Numbered from the stretch's first letter, positions 28,019-43,519 are shown. The stretch: DNA of 64,000 nucleotides from Octopus vulgaris (GCA_951406725.2 OX597822.1:34410001-34474000), one strand, 5' to 3'. Program-made: numbers and translations. The notes: generated by a model not told the origin, from the sequence alone.

Positions 28019-28467
28019 AACATATATTAATATATTAATGTATTCAAATTGATATGTCTGCATATCTTTCTCCATATCTATGTAACAATCTTCGTTTCTT
28101 TACGTATATGCGCATGCAGACATGCCAGGGCACGCTCACACACATACTTGTACACATATATTGATCGTATACATGTACTCTATAGGTATTAACAGTATTT
28201 GCAAAATTTGATCTAGAAGGAATTCTCATCAACTATTTCAATCTTTTCAATTATAATGTCTGATCTGATGGTATGTCTGATGTTAAATTCAACTAAACTT
28301 GCTTCGTAAATATTGCACTTAATTTGTTTTAGCTGTTTATAATACTTGATTTTGTTATATTGAAATACTGACAAATTCATACACATATATACTCGTATAT
28401 ATACATTTGCAAATCGACAGATATATCATAATACAATATACATGCATATAGCTATGTAAGGTATATG

Positions 28468-28511
<44 letters not shown>

Positions 28512-29139
28512 ATCTGTACATGTATGTATGTATGTATGTATGTATGTATGTATGTATGTATGTATGTATGTATGTATGTATGCATGTATGTATGCAGGTA
28601 TACAGAACGTGTATGAAAAAGAAATGGGGGCCAGAGAGTCTTGTAATGCTTTTAACTAAAACAACAAAATGAATTTGAGTTCTTGCATAGAAATTGGAAA
28701 TAATGACTGTTAGCTCTTTAATTCTTGGTGCCATATAATTGAACATTGAAAAAAAACCACCCACCTCTACCAAAAACCACCCAAAAAAGAAAAAAAACAA
28801 GAAGTAAAAACTAAAGTCCTCAGCTACATAATATATATTTGATTGTATTTTTAGACCTAAAAGTAACCGGTTTGTCTCTGTAGAAAACAAAATAATTCTC
28901 TTTTTCTCATGGAGTCAACGTTAAATATACAAGTATTATACGCGCTGAGTCAGTGTTTTTTTTTCTTTCTTTCAATAATTGACAATGGAACTATAAAAGA
29001 TGTATGTAGTAAGAAAAGAAAACCATAATTCGACCTTTTAAATTTTGCATAAAATGAAATATCCATCTTATTCTTATGAATTAATAATGTTTGAAAATAA
29101 ACAAACTTTTTTCAGTTATCCGCCATATTATATTTTAGT

Positions 29140-30225
29140 TTGTTACTTGTTTTAGTCATAGGACTGTGGCCATACTAGAGCACCACCTCGTAGGGTTCGT
29201 CGAACAAATTGACCTCAAAAATTATATTACATTTGATAGTAAGTCTATCGATTCCTATTCGCGAATCGATAACTTACAGAGATGTAAACAAACCAACACC
29301 GAGTGTCAAGCAGAGGGGAAACAAACAAACACACATACACACATACACACATATATACGGCGAACTTCTCACAGTTTCCTTCTACCAAATTCACTAACAA
29401 AGCATTCTTTGACACGGGATTTTATCATGAAAATATTTGACCAGGGTACCGCGCATTGTGAATGAACCCAAAACTACGTGACTGGAGTGCGAACTTCCTA
29501 ACAAGAACGTCCATGTCAGTGTGTCACTATGTTTGAGAGTTACGCTTTTAAAAGCTTTAACGGAAGATTGAAATAAATGGCATAATAAAAATATTGATTA
29601 GGTCTTTGATTTCCAAAGTATAAAGAGGCAAAGTTGACCGCGGCAGTATTTGAAAGCAGAATTCAAAGATCTGATGGAAATATTGAGAATTATTTTCTAC
29701 ACCTTTCTTAACGGTTCTGCCGAGTCACTCCTGTTCATAGAAAAATAGTTTCTGATATAGGCATAAGGAGAGGAATTTTGTTCTGAGACTGTTAATTCCT
29801 ATAGAGTAATTTTCTTTTATTCTTTTATTTGTTTCAGTCATTTGACTGCAGCCATGCTGGAGCACCAGGACTTATTCTTTGGAAGCCTAGTACTTATTCT
29901 ATTGCCTAGTACTTATTCTATTGGTCTCTTTTGCTGAACCGCTAAGTTACAGGGACGTAAACACACCAGCATCGGTTGTCAAGCGATGTTGGGGAGACAA
30001 CCACAGGCACACAAATATATACGCGCGCACACACACACACATATATATATATACATATATACAACGAGCTTCTTTCAGTTTCCGTCTACCAAATCCACTC
30101 ACAAGGCTTTGGTCGGCCTGAGGCTATAGAAGAAGACACTTGCCAAAGGTGCCACGCTGCGTGGCCGAACCCAGAACCACGTGGTTGGTAAGCAAGCTAC
30201 ATACCACACAGCCACTCCTACACCT
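29140..30225 (-). mobile_element. Two family A SINEs (about 29140-29520 degenerate, about 29815-30225 near-complete) with a family C relic between them
   Basis: Shared family motifs. Confidence 0.75.
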
Positions 30226-30599
30226 ATACTGTTAGTTAATTACATTGACATCCAAGAATTGTCAGGCATTTCGTTATTATAACATACCAAAACAAATTTA
30301 CTCGAGATTAAATGTGGAAGGGAAAATAGCTAATTTTAAATATTTACCATAAAACAGATTCGGAACTTATGCTATTTGCGTGCCTTTAGCTATGGAAGAA
30401 AATGGAAGGCATAATCGAAATCTTTAACATAATGAAACAATAACATGTATATCTCTAATTTTATAAATCAAAATAGAGATAAGAAGCACCTATACATCGT
30501 GGAATTTCCACAGCTCTACTTTGTACTATAATTACTTTCAGCTCGGGCTCAATGATATGCTTATTTATGGAAAGTATAGTTGTGGTAGAGGTTGTGGTG

Positions 30600-31245
30600 G
30601 TGAGGTTCTTTTTCCGATTCATAAAATCGACCTTCGATACTGGACTGGTAATTTATTTTATCGATCCACTAAATATGAGCGGCAAAATCAACAGGGTCAA
30701 ATGACTCTGAACATAAAGAGGAGCAATTTTAAATACTGTGGAACATTTTATCTGCAATTGCTCTAGAGATCATACCAGTAACTGCCCCCCCCCCCATATA
30801 AAAATAATTTCCAGCATGGGCACAACGCCTGGAGATTTATGGCCGATTATAAGACCCATACTTGATTGTTACCGTATTTCGTAAATCTCGGAAGGCTGAA
30901 AAGGCCACGTTGACCTTGGCATCATTTGAATTCAGAGAGTGAAAAGCCGAAAGAAATAGAGCATAATTTTTTCCCGAGCCTCAGACGATTCTGGCAAGTC
31001 ATCAGCTCACCAATCTGTATATAATATGCATTTCCGCTTCGAGCACAAGGCCAGAAATTTTGTGGAGTGGTAAGTCGATTAGTTTGACCTCCATTACTAA
31101 GTCGATTAGTTTGACCTCCATATTTTTATCGACTCATAAAGATAAAGTAAACATCGACGGAATTAGAACTGACCGCAAAAGACCGGAAGAAATACGGTAA
31201 ATCATTTGGCCCGACGCTATAACGATCTAGCCAATCCACTTTTCT
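30600..31245 (-). mobile_element. Several degenerate family C SINE relics
   Basis: Contain the tttatcga, gaattcagag and aacgattctg motifs, and a 27-bp internal tandem duplication at 31072-31121. Confidence 0.5.
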
Positions 31246-31303
31246 TGAAGAAAGCATGCGCGCACGACATGGAATTTTGTGGCAAAGTGGTCTAGTGAAT
31301 TAA

Positions 31304-31712
31304 TCAAATCAAATCAAATCAAATTTATTGGTAGGAGAAGAGTACAATGTGCTTAAGCCATGTAAAAAAACCAAAAAAAAACCAGTTATTGTTATATACA
31401 GTTTTATACTAGTCGCCATAGTTGTCCAATGCCTCTTTGAACAGCGAAGTGGTGGGCAGTTGAATGACATCTTGTGGTAGCTTGTTCCACGGGGTGTGAT
31501 ACAGACGGAGAATGCAGCCTTCCGTCTGTTGAAGTCCAAAGTGTCGAGGATAGAGTTTGCAATCATGTTCAAGAAAACCTCTATCAAGCGCAGTGATGAA
31601 AAACTCCGCAAATGGTAGGTTTACATCCCCGTTGAAGATGTTGAAAGCCAAGATGACATCTCCCAACATCCTCCGTCGGTCGAGTGAAGGTAATGCCAGG
31701 CCTTACATTTCC
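31304..31712 (-). mobile_element. 3' end of a CR1-clade LINE
   Basis: Translates to LALPSLDRRRMLGDVILAFNIFNG...PWNKLPQDVIQLPTTSLFKEALD, with a (GATTT)n tail at about 31304-31323. Confidence 0.8.
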
Positions 31713-31749
31713 ATGTAGAATTAATTACAGACTCTCAATGTGACGGGAG

Positions 31750-31878
31750 AGGTGTGGCTGCGTGATAGAAGGTTTGTTTCCTAACCAAATGGTTCTGAAT
31801 ACGGTCCCACTATAGCCCCAGGCCAAGCAATGAGAGTGTATTTAGTTGATGGAAACTGAAAGAAATACATCGTTTGTG

Positions 31879-31917
<39 letters not shown>

Positions 31918-32030
31918 CCGATATATTAAATGCCAGGCTTACCAAGTTAAGGACGAATGTCAACTTGTTCCATTCAACCCTTTAAGGCGGTACTCAACAT
32001 GGCGGCAGTTTCACGGATGAAACAAGTTAA
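31750..32030 (+). mobile_element. Degenerate family A SINE
   Basis: Contains gtgtggctgcgtg...ggaaactgaaagaa...ggcggtactcaacatggcggcag...gaaacaagt. Confidence 0.65.
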
Positions 32031-32047
32031 AGACCCAAATATGAAGA

Positions 32048-32078
<31 letters not shown>

Positions 32079-32126
32079 CATACATACATGTAAACATACA
32101 TGTATATACATACATACATACATACA

Positions 32127-32193
<67 letters not shown>

Positions 32194-32749
32194 ATATATA
32201 TATATATAGACATACATATACACACATATATACACACATAGGGGAGAGCTAGCTAGATGTATATGTATACACACATGCACATCACACATATATATATTTG
32301 TATATATAAATATACATATACATATATATATATATCGATACAGCAAGAAGATGCTATAGGCTTTAATTACAAAACACAGAAATTGTTTAATAAATAATTA
32401 GAAAGCAACCCACCTGAGAACGTGCAGGTAAACACCTGTAGCTGGATCATATATTTTCATCTAATTATTTATAAAAGGATTCATATAATATTATGACACG
32501 AAAAACTCAGCATCCAACAGATGTTACCACTACGCAGACACAATTATATTTCGTAATTAAATCCTGCTTATTTCATCTTCCTTTATAAACTTTTATATAA
32601 ATTCTGTAGACTAACGAACTTCCACATGTATTTCTAGTAGAAGAAATAACTGTATGCTGTAGGCTCGCATATAGTAGCCGATAATTGTATAGGAGCTTTG
32701 AAATGCATATTATGAGTTTATTACTCAGATAATATTCAATAAATAACTG

Positions 32750-33073
32750 TGAAGGCGCATGGCTTACTAGTTAGGGTAATCGGTTCACCAACGCAAGGTT
32801 GTGAGTTCGATTCTTGGAGGTACGTGTGTCCTGGAGTAAGACACTTTATTCCACGTTGCTCCAGTTCATTCAGTTGGCAAAAATTAGTTTTACCTGTCAT
32901 TTAAAAAGACGGCCTTATCATATTCTGCATCACACAGAATCTCCTCGAGAACTACCTTAATGGTACGCGTGTCTGTGGAATGCTCAACCACTTGCATGTT
33001 AGTTACACAAGCAGGCTGTTCGGTTGATCGGATCAACTGGAACCGTCGTCGTCGTAACCGAAGGAGTGCCACA
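32750..33073 (+). mobile_element. SINE family B (head B + tail X), complete
   Basis: Colinear with 288-557 and ends gtcgtaaccgaaggagtgcc, the same tail as 52183-52565. Confidence 0.85.
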
Positions 33074-33090
33074 GTGTATGTGTGTGTGTT

Positions 33091-33125
<35 letters not shown>

Positions 33126-33126
<1 letters not shown>

Positions 33127-33493
33127 GGTGCATGAGTGTCTGTGTTGTAAGTAGCTTGCTTACCAACCACATGGTTCCGGGTTCAGTCCCACTTCGTGGC
33201 ACCTTGGGCAAGTGTCTTCTACTATAGCCTCGGGCGGACCAAAGCCTTGTGAGTGGATTTGGTAGATGGAAACTGAAAGAAGCCCGTCGCGTATGTATAT
33301 ATGTGTGTGTGTTTGTGTGTTTGTCCCCCCAACATCGCTTGACAACCGATGCTGGTGTGTTTATGTCTCCGTAACTTAGCGTTTTGGCAAAAGCATCGAT
33401 AGAATAAGCACTAGGCTTACAAAGAATAAGTCCTGGGGTAGATTTGGTCGACTAAAGCCAAATGATTGAAACAAGTAAAAGAGAGTAAAAGAG

Positions 33494-33495
<2 letters not shown>
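33126..33495 (+). mobile_element. SINE family A
   Basis: Matches the family consensus and has a gagtaaaa tail. Confidence 0.88.
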
Positions 33496-33973
<478 letters not shown>

Positions 33974-34384
33974 CAAATTGAGAATTTAGAGAGTTTTATT
34001 CCTTATATTTACAGCCATATTGTAATCCAACGCAATCGAGGGAGTGTAAGTTGATATTGAATGAATAATATATATATATATATATCATACATACACACAC
34101 GGACGTACAGACTTATATAAGAATCTTTACTATTTTATATAAATTTGTGCATGCGTAGGAGTAATGCGAACTTCTGGAAAAATTTGCGTCGTTAGTAAAA
34201 ACGAAAAAGGATTATTCAAAGCTCAATGTTGTTTTCCTGTGTGACAGGTATAATATGTATAATCTATATAAGTGCGTACAATTTCAGTTCACAATAACCT
34301 AAAAAAGCGTGCTGCCTTCAGATTTTGTTCTCTGTTTTTAACGCCCATTCTCTCTCTTTCTTTTTCTCTCTCTTTCTCTCTTGC

Positions 34385-34433
<49 letters not shown>

Positions 34434-34522
34434 ATACATATATATTACACACACACGCATATATATTTATATTATGCAAATTATATGTACTCATTATATA
34501 TTATACATATATATATATATAT

Positions 34523-34888
<366 letters not shown>

Positions 34889-35454
34889 CTCTTTTTGACC
34901 ATCTCTGTTGCTCTTTATCTGACTGCTCTTGCAAAGCATCTTACCAAACAAACTGTTTCGCATACCAACAGATGGAAACGCACACGGGTTTCCTTCTTGC
35001 AAAGCATAAGTCATTCACTGTACTTGTCTGCCTACAATTTTTCCTATTTATTTTCACAGCGCTCACCACTGTTACACAAATACCTTCACACAAATGTATG
35101 TGCACGTACACACACACACACACACATATATATATGCGTTTGTGTGTATGTATATAAAGTTACGCGGACACATCTCTACGTATGTGCATGCATTAGATTA
35201 CGTGAAATAAGCACTGTTTACCCCACCCAAACCGTAGTTTCTTACCGACTGCCGACCATACACGTACACGGGTTGAAATCGTAATCAGTTTACTCTGCAC
35301 ACAACCAGGTTGTAGAGAGAATATAAACAATAAAACTATATATTTTTATGTGTATGTCTATGTGTGTGTATGGGTGGATGTGTGCGTGAAAACACACACA
35401 TATGCATACATGCATGTATATATATATATACAATTAACAAGCTAAAGCAATACG

Positions 35455-36305
35455 TATTGTTACAAATAGAATTCAACTATCAAGAGGCATATTCCAGGAT
35501 GATAGTTTATCTGTAATGTTGTTTGTCATGTCAGTGAGGCCCTTGTCAGCCCTGTTAGCCGAATGTCAAGACTACGTACAACTAATATTGTTGTATTTAG
35601 GAATGGTCATTTTGCCAGTTTAGCCAATAAAATCACACGCACTATATATTTGGTGTTACTTTGCTCCAGTGTTATTTATTTATTATATTAATCTTATTTC
35701 GGCCACACACACACTAACTCAACATAGACGCACATAGAGATATACGCAGGCGCAAATGAAGACACATACAATAGAAATACAAAATGGCTGACAGTAAGGA
35801 GAGACACAAAAATAAGAAAGAAGAAAGCAAAGGACCACTGATGCGGTCACAGGAGTGTGACGAAAGAACTCTGGCCGAAATAAGATTAAGATTAAAATAT
35901 TAAATAAATAACACTGAAGCAAAGTAACACCAGCACTTACAACACTTGTATCCTCATTTGTACCCATCATCATGGGTGCATTAAGTTTTGTACCAAGAAA
36001 TTAAAACAACATCAAAACAAAACTAGAAATACCAGGTTTGCGTACTACGATGAGAAGAAACTGATGCTGATTACGCAATTCCATTCTATTAGCGGCACAG
36101 GGAAAATTTGAAAAACATTCCAAAGATCCTTCATCTGAGAATATTTTGGTGAAAAGATTCAGGCACTTGGGTGTGTGTACTGACAGCTCATACAACATAC
36201 CACACAACATACTTATAAACATCAGGAACTCTCTTGGCTGAAGTAGTTTTCTGGTATTGTTAGCGATCGGCTTCCACTCTCTTAAGAACTGAAATAAAAC
36301 TTAAA
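35455..36305 (+). mobile_element. Fragmented R4/Dong-like LINE (RT piece 35455-35575, endonuclease and 3' piece about 35940-36305) interrupted by a PLE insertion
   Basis: Translates to NRIQLSRGIFQDDSLSVMLFVMSVRPLSALL and FVPIIMGALSFVP. Confidence 0.65.
35576..35932. mobile_element. Penelope-like inverted terminal-repeat pair with a hammerhead at 35835-35874 (+)
   Basis: Inverted repeat at 35651-35705 / 35872-35932. The HHR-like motif reads cca-CTGATGC-g-gtcac aggagt gtgac-GAAA-gaac-TC-tgg. Confidence 0.7.
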
Positions 36306-37309
36306 GAAAAGCACACACGCGCACACACACACGCACACACGCTCATACACACGCTCACACATATACATATATATACACATACAAAAAGAGGTACATAGGT
36401 AGATGAACAGACAAACATATAGATAGATAGATATAGATAGATACATACATACATACATACATACATACATACATACATAAACAAACAGAAATTTCTCTGT
36501 AACATAATGCAACAAAGTGTTCTATGATGATCCGATCTTGATAAGCTCTAACTGGAATTGGAACACCCAGTGCAGGATTCCAAGCAACCATTATAATGAA
36601 ATCTATGCAGAAACTAATAATATAAACTCATGTTTTTCTTAATTTCTCTCTCTCTGTCTCTCTATCTCTCTCTCACACACACACATGCGCACACACGCAC
36701 ACACGCATACACACACAGAGTCAAAGGATGGATATGGTATTCAGGCAGTTATCGAATTTCTCTGAGTAAATGCCAAGGTTGGTTCCTTCCGTTGGTGCAT
36801 TTTTCAGTAATCTACCTTCAGCTCTTATCTGATGTTCCAGTTTAATTATTGGTTACTTAGAGAGGAAAGAACAATATTAAAATGAGGGGAAGGACAATTT
36901 GAACATCAAACTTCATATTTATTTCCTGTTAGAATAAAAAAAGTCCGACACGTATTTCGAAAGCAAAAATTGCATATTATTGCATATTCATATGCAGCGA
37001 TTTATGCATTATCGGCGCGATCTCTTCAGGAAAAATAGATTTGGCATCGTTTGAAGAGGAATTTTCCTCCTCAATTACTTTGAAATATATTTGGTAGCAG
37101 TATTGAACTCTGAGCATTCCTCAATGGAATGTTTTCTCGACTGTTTGTTTGGGCAAAATTCAGTAGCATCAGCAGCAATGATTGTTGAAGTCAACAATTG
37201 TTCGTGGTTAGACTGGGAGTGGTTACTTATAGAATACTTATTTTTTGAATGATTCTACATATTTTATAGTCACGAGGCATATTAATGGAATTCAGAGTTG
37301 ATTGTATTA

Positions 37310-37523
37310 CTCTTTTACTTGTTTCAGTCATTTGACTGTGGCCATGCTGGAGCACCACCTTTGGTCGAGCAAATCGCCCAAGGACTTATTTTTGTGTAAG
37401 CCTAGTACTTATTCTATCGGTGTCTTTTGCCGAAACACTAAGTTACGCGGACGTAAACACACCAGCATCGGTTGTCAAGCGATGTTAGAGGGATAAACAC
37501 AGATACATAAACACACACACACC

Positions 37524-37555
<32 letters not shown>

Positions 37556-37745
37556 CACACATATATATATATATATATACATGTATATGACGACCTTCTT
37601 TCAGTTTCCGTCTACCAAATCCACTCACAAGGCTTTGGTCGGCCCGAGGCAATAGTAGAAGACACCCAAGGTGCCATGCAGTGGGACTGAACCCAGAACC
37701 ATGTGGTCCGTAAGTAAGCTACTTATCACACAGCCACTCCTACGC
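37310..37745 (-). mobile_element. SINE family A with a 32-bp TSD
   Basis: Flanking direct repeats catattaatggaattcagagttgattgtatta (37278-37309) and catattgatggaattctgagatgattgtatta (37746-37777). Confidence 0.9.
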
Positions 37746-38104
37746 CATATTGATGGAATTCTGAGATGATTGTATTATTTGAATTTAGTGGTGGTTAGTA
37801 GAATAAGAAATAAAAAAGTCTTTGATACAATATTATATATTTGAAAAAGAAAAATTAGAAATTGGTTTTTCTGATAATTTTTGCATTTTAATAATTAGAT
37901 GTTTATAAATTATTAGGTGTTTAGAAATTGTCCGAAACGCCTAATAAGTTATAGACATCTAATTAGTAAAGCAAAAAATATTATCGGAAAAGCCATTTCT
38001 ATTCATCTTTCCAAACACACACACACGCGCGCACACACACACACAACACATACACATACACAACACATACACACACACACACAACACATACACACATATA
38101 TTGG

Positions 38105-38480
38105 TGGGGATAAGAAGGCTGCTTCCCAACGGCATGATTCTGAGTTCAGTCCTACGGCGTGGAACCTTGGCCAAGTGTTTTCAATTATAACATCGAACTG
38201 ACTACATCCTTTTGAGTGAATTTGGTTGACGGAAACCGAATGAAGCCCGTCGTATGTATGTGTTTATGTATGTATGTATATATATATATACATATATATA
38301 TATTTATATATATATATATTTACAATATCAAGGGATATTACTATCCGTAAAAGCCGCTGCCAACTAGATAAAATCTTATATAAATTTTATTCTCATATTT
38401 TATATATATATATTTTTATGTATGTATATAGTGTATGTGTGTGTATCTTTGTGTTAGTGTTTGTCCCCCACTACCGCTTG
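38105..38480 (+). mobile_element. Degenerate family A SINE
   Basis: Contains gagttcagtcc...accttggccaagtg...gacggaaaccgaatgaagcccgtcgta. Confidence 0.7.
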
Positions 38481-38874
38481 CAGTGTAATAATCAGCATTT
38501 CCGAGACTAAATAGATGATGGGGGTGTCCAAAAATGGCGTAGAACAATGTTATATTCAGTTTCATAAAACGCATTTGGATTTCTCATGAAAACTTATCTT
38601 TTGTGCGAGAAGCGAAATTGTGTCCGAAAAGAAGTGTAGAGCACCTCCGCGTCTGCTTCATGCACTGTGCAAACAGGGAATGGCGGTGAGAGCTATCAGT
38701 AAGTAGTATATTGTGCAATTTAGAAATGTGAATGGCACATATATTGTTCATATGTTCCAGATGAGAACATAAAATTAAATTGATGAAAAAAAGCAAAAAA
38801 TAAAAGAAACAAAACCATTTTTATTTCATTTGTAAATATGGTCCAACAGACTGTATTATCTTTTATTCTTGAAG

Positions 38875-39107
38875 TTTTTCGCTACTGTATATATTTTGAG
38901 ATGCTCTGTGTTTCTTTCAATTACTTTAAGTATAACAAAGAATTTACTAAAATAACTTAGTTATCATTCAGCTAGTGTTAGGAACATAAATTGTGACTAA
39001 GGTTTGGTAGAAAATTTTAATTAAAAACTTTTGAAAATAAGACATTTGTAAGATGTCTTATTAAATAAGACAGAGCCGGTTTCAGCCGGGTTGGTAACGA
39101 AAGGGGT
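38875..39107. mobile_element. Probable non-autonomous DNA transposon (piggyBac-like MITE) relic
   Basis: The right end gccgggttggtaacgaaaggggt resembles an ...AAAGGG(TTAA) piggyBac-type terminus. The left end is eroded. Confidence 0.4.
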
Positions 39108-40252
39108 GGAAGTGTTGGAAGGTCAACCAATAACGGAAATATAGAGTGTGAGAACTTCAGTGCACAGAGGAGACCTACACATCCAGATATTGGACCTGTA
39201 ATACGTGCAGAGGTAATGAAATGATATCAAGAGTTACGATATCAGATTTTATATGATATTAGTTATGTCTCATCGCAGTCTAAACGTTGTCATCCTGGAC
39301 ATTGTCAGGTGAGTACTTCAGGGTGTGAAGTGGTTTTACTTTTACCAACAGGGGAATAAATAACGAGCTATGAAAGCTGCCAACATTTCAATGCTCTACA
39401 TAAAATACTGGGCATTAGCAAAATAGTGGGGGTACTTTAATGGAATTGTGATTGGGGTTTATTTGATTTACGTAGTAAAGTTTTGATGTTCAAGAAACGA
39501 GTCTTCTAAACCAAAAGGACACAATTATTGGTACGAGTGGGCTTCAATGTATAATTACATCCTCTTTTTTGACATATCCAGTATCAATAGTAATCTTGAA
39601 TATGTATGTATCGTTGCCATTGTAGTTTGTTATCATTTGTTGTTGTTGCTGTTCTTGTTCTTGGTAGTGATGCTGGGGGGGGGGGGCGAGCATCGCCAGC
39701 GATCATTTGAAGATATTGAAACTTTGGCGAAGTTGCAGAAAGAGGAATATGAATGACGTGTAAACAATATTTTCTTTCAGTGGCAATGTTTAGCTTTCGA
39801 GTGGGTCACTTTGCTTCGTCCGAGGTTTCTACTTGTTGTTGTTCCTTATAGCGATTGTAATCTTACAAGGAGATTACATTACAGAATAGCTTGAAAAATA
39901 ATGTAACATCTTATTCCTTGGACAGAGTCTGTACTTGCTGTGCAAAATCTGTTTGAGTGGAGTAAAACCGTTGACTGTTTTCAAATGGGCAGCAAGTTGG
40001 TGAATGCCGGGTTATCTTCGTGAATGAGTAAGACGAAAAGCGTTAGAACGTCACAGTGATTTCTGGTGTTTATCCGCCATTGAGCCATTGCTGTTATTAG
40101 TATTTGGTCCCTTCATCGTCGCTGTTTTGTATCGTATGAACAAACACCACAGAAGGGAATTCCGTGATTAGTTATATACAGACACATTTGATAAACATTA
40201 TCTTGCTAAACGGAAATAAAGAACGACAGAGTGAGTGTGTATTCGTGAGAGT

Positions 40253-40306
<54 letters not shown>

Positions 40307-40439
40307 AAGAGAGAGAGAGAGCGAAAGAGAGAGAGAGAGAAAGAGAGAGAGAGTGAATCAGGATGCATGAATGAGAAGATAAATAGCTAGCAATAGGAAG
40401 AAAAAGAGTGAGACATACACATTCAATCACACACATAAC

Positions 40440-40475
<36 letters not shown>

Positions 40476-41039
40476 AAGAAAGAGAGATAGAAATAGATAA
40501 ATAAATAGATAGATAGATAAGAGGGAGAGAGAGTGGAGAAAAAGAAAGGAATGACGTGACAATTATGAAATTGTAGATGTTTCATAAGAAGCATGGAAGA
40601 AGTAAGATTATACAATACAGAGAATCAGTACTCTGGTGGTAGCAGACAGACGACGATAATTATATACAAAAGAAACAGAAGATAGTACACCCATTCACAC
40701 ACACGTTCGCACGCGCGTACACACATGCGCACAAACACGGTTTCAGTTACGTTATTAAATTTATCGTTGAAGACTACATTTGGGCGTCAAAGCAATCTGA
40801 ACTCTTATCTACAAAATTTGTCTTCCTCGTCTAAGTTTGATTGAAACCAATTAATATGATAGAGATAGTGAAGAAATACCAAAAGATGAAAAAGAAGAAA
40901 ACGACTCGACATGACAAGTTTCTTATAAGGAACAAATAGAAGCGTCGAATAGATTTGGCGCCGTGGTGGAAGCGCAGAAGAGCGACAGCTACATACAATA
41001 GAGAAAGGAAGAAAACGTAGACAAGTTTACTCGAATATG

Positions 41040-41435
41040 ACTTGTGGCTGCGTGGTAACAAGTTTGCTTCCCAACAGCATGGTTTCACGTTCAGTCCCAC
41101 TGTAGGATACCTTGAACTATTGTCTGCTACTATCGCCTCGGGCGAGCGGATTTGGTTCATACTCACACGCACGCACACGCACACACACACATGCATATAT
41201 GCATGTGTGTGTGTGAGTGTGTGTGTGTGTGTGTCTTTGTGTCTGTGCTTGAGTGAAACCATCGCTTGAGAACCGGTGCTGGTGTGTTTACGCCGCCGTA
41301 ACTTAGCGGTTCACCAAAAGCGTCGATAGAATAAGGTTTTGAAAATAAGTACTTCGGCACGGTGGCACCTCAATATGGCCGCAGTCTAATGACTGAGACA
41401 AGGAATACACAGAAAATACATACATACATACATAC

Positions 41436-41484
<49 letters not shown>

Positions 41485-41620
41485 AGCTTGCTTCCCAACC
41501 ACAGGTTTCCGGGTTGAGTCCCACTGCGTGGCACCTTGGGCAAGTGTCTTCTTTGGTCACGGGCTGACCAAAGCTTTGTGAGCGGATTTGGTAGACGGAA
41601 ACTGGAAGAAGCCCGTCGTA
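41040..41620 (+). mobile_element. Two family A SINE pieces (about 41040-41410 and 41484-41620)
   Basis: Family motifs. Confidence 0.75.
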
Positions 41621-42376
41621 TATATATATATATATATATATGTATCCTGTATGTACTGTTACGCATGCCCAGTGATACCCATTAACCGGTTACAATGTTT
41701 CCCCGACCGGAGTACATGCTTACGCCGTCAACGCTATTTGAAATTTTTACCTAGCGGATCAGTCTTACGATCTATTCATACAATTTGATTTGCTTTTGTG
41801 ATATAAGACATCTAAAAATATTTATTGCATAGTGTTTACTCACCGTTTCTTTAAAACAAATAATATTTTGCTTTTATCGTTCTTCCGTAGAAAGAATTGT
41901 GTTTACTAAAACTTATGTTTAGTTGGCCGTTACTTTTTCAGTTAATATATCTTATTAATTCATCACTGTTTCTTTTTAAATATTAAATGCACGTTCAGTT
42001 AATAACTGCTTTATAGTATTTCGTCTTCTGGGTCTCGTCTTTAAATTTTTATATTTTACACTGAAGCATCACCTCTGTGCGTTCGTTCAACATGCTAGAA
42101 ATACGAGCCCAGCCAAATCACCCTCTCTTCACACCTCTTGAAGCACTTAAAGAATGTATGTTTAGCTACTAGGAGTGCGTTTTTTTCGTGCTATCCGCAT
42201 TTTAAAATATACATCTTAGCTGAAATTCAGATACATCCATCTAATACTAACGTAATTTTTCGATATACATAAGACAACAGTTGAAGTTGATCTGATATGT
42301 ATTTCATCTACAAAACCATGTGCTGCTAATTTTCGCAGGGGTTTTTGTGGTTTCTTTACATTATATGTATGTATGC

Positions 42377-42428
<52 letters not shown>

Positions 42429-43519
42429 TCAGCATTTTTATGTATAAGTACACTCACACATACACACACACACACACACATACATACACACGTTATGAAT
42501 GCATTTATGTGTGCGTGTACATATAACATGCAACCACACATGTTTTTCTTTACAAGTCAGAAATTTCTGTGACAGCCGTTAAGATACACTTTCAGATGGG
42601 AAAAGTATACATCATTACGCTCACGTTGTTAATATCTTCGAGACAGGCATGCAAATTGTTAATTGCTCGAATACACTCAAATATACGCACAAACACACAC
42701 ACACACACACGTATATATGAAATCCCGTTACATCTTGGAAACACCAGTGCTGCCACCTATGACAATACACTGCAGTTAGACCACATTATATCCTTTATGT
42801 TCATTTTATATGGTCTGATATATCTTACTGTCTATTTTACTGTATCCATCGTTGCTCTATTAAATTTTATTCAATTATAAAACTCGCGCTCGTTTCCTTT
42901 GCAATGGCAACTGTAAAGAATGATTTTATCCATGTAACGCTTGCATGACAACTACTTCAGTTAATATAATTCATTTATGCTCCATTTTCAGTTAATTACT
43001 TTTAGAATATTGATATCCAATTTCCCCTTTGTTAGGATGTGTCGAAACGATCTACTTGTCAAATAACATTCACTGAATCCAGAGGCTAGAAAATTAACGT
43101 TTCTTCGAAGACTTTATCCTTCTATTCACTTCGAAGTCCACCCTAGTTGATAGTATAATTGATTATCTTTCTCGGTAGCTTAGAGCTTAAAACCTAACTG
43201 GAAGTCTATGTTATCTTTTGCGCCATCGACTAAATGGTATGTTCAATATAATACGACAATTAGCCGTCGGTGCTTTTCTAAACACTCACTAGATTGATTT
43301 AACAGAAAACATTTCGGATAGGCGTTTGGCTAATTTCGAATCGATTGAAGTATCTTCTCCATGTATAACAAAATCATTTACAAGTGAAGACGAATGTTTG
43401 ATTACGCGTATGTTTATGTGGTGTGGGAAATAAGGCAAATGAAATACAGCTAGCAAAGGAAAAAAAAAGAGAAATAATTTGGTTAAGATGAAAGACCACA
43501 AAACGTAAGCTAATGAGCC

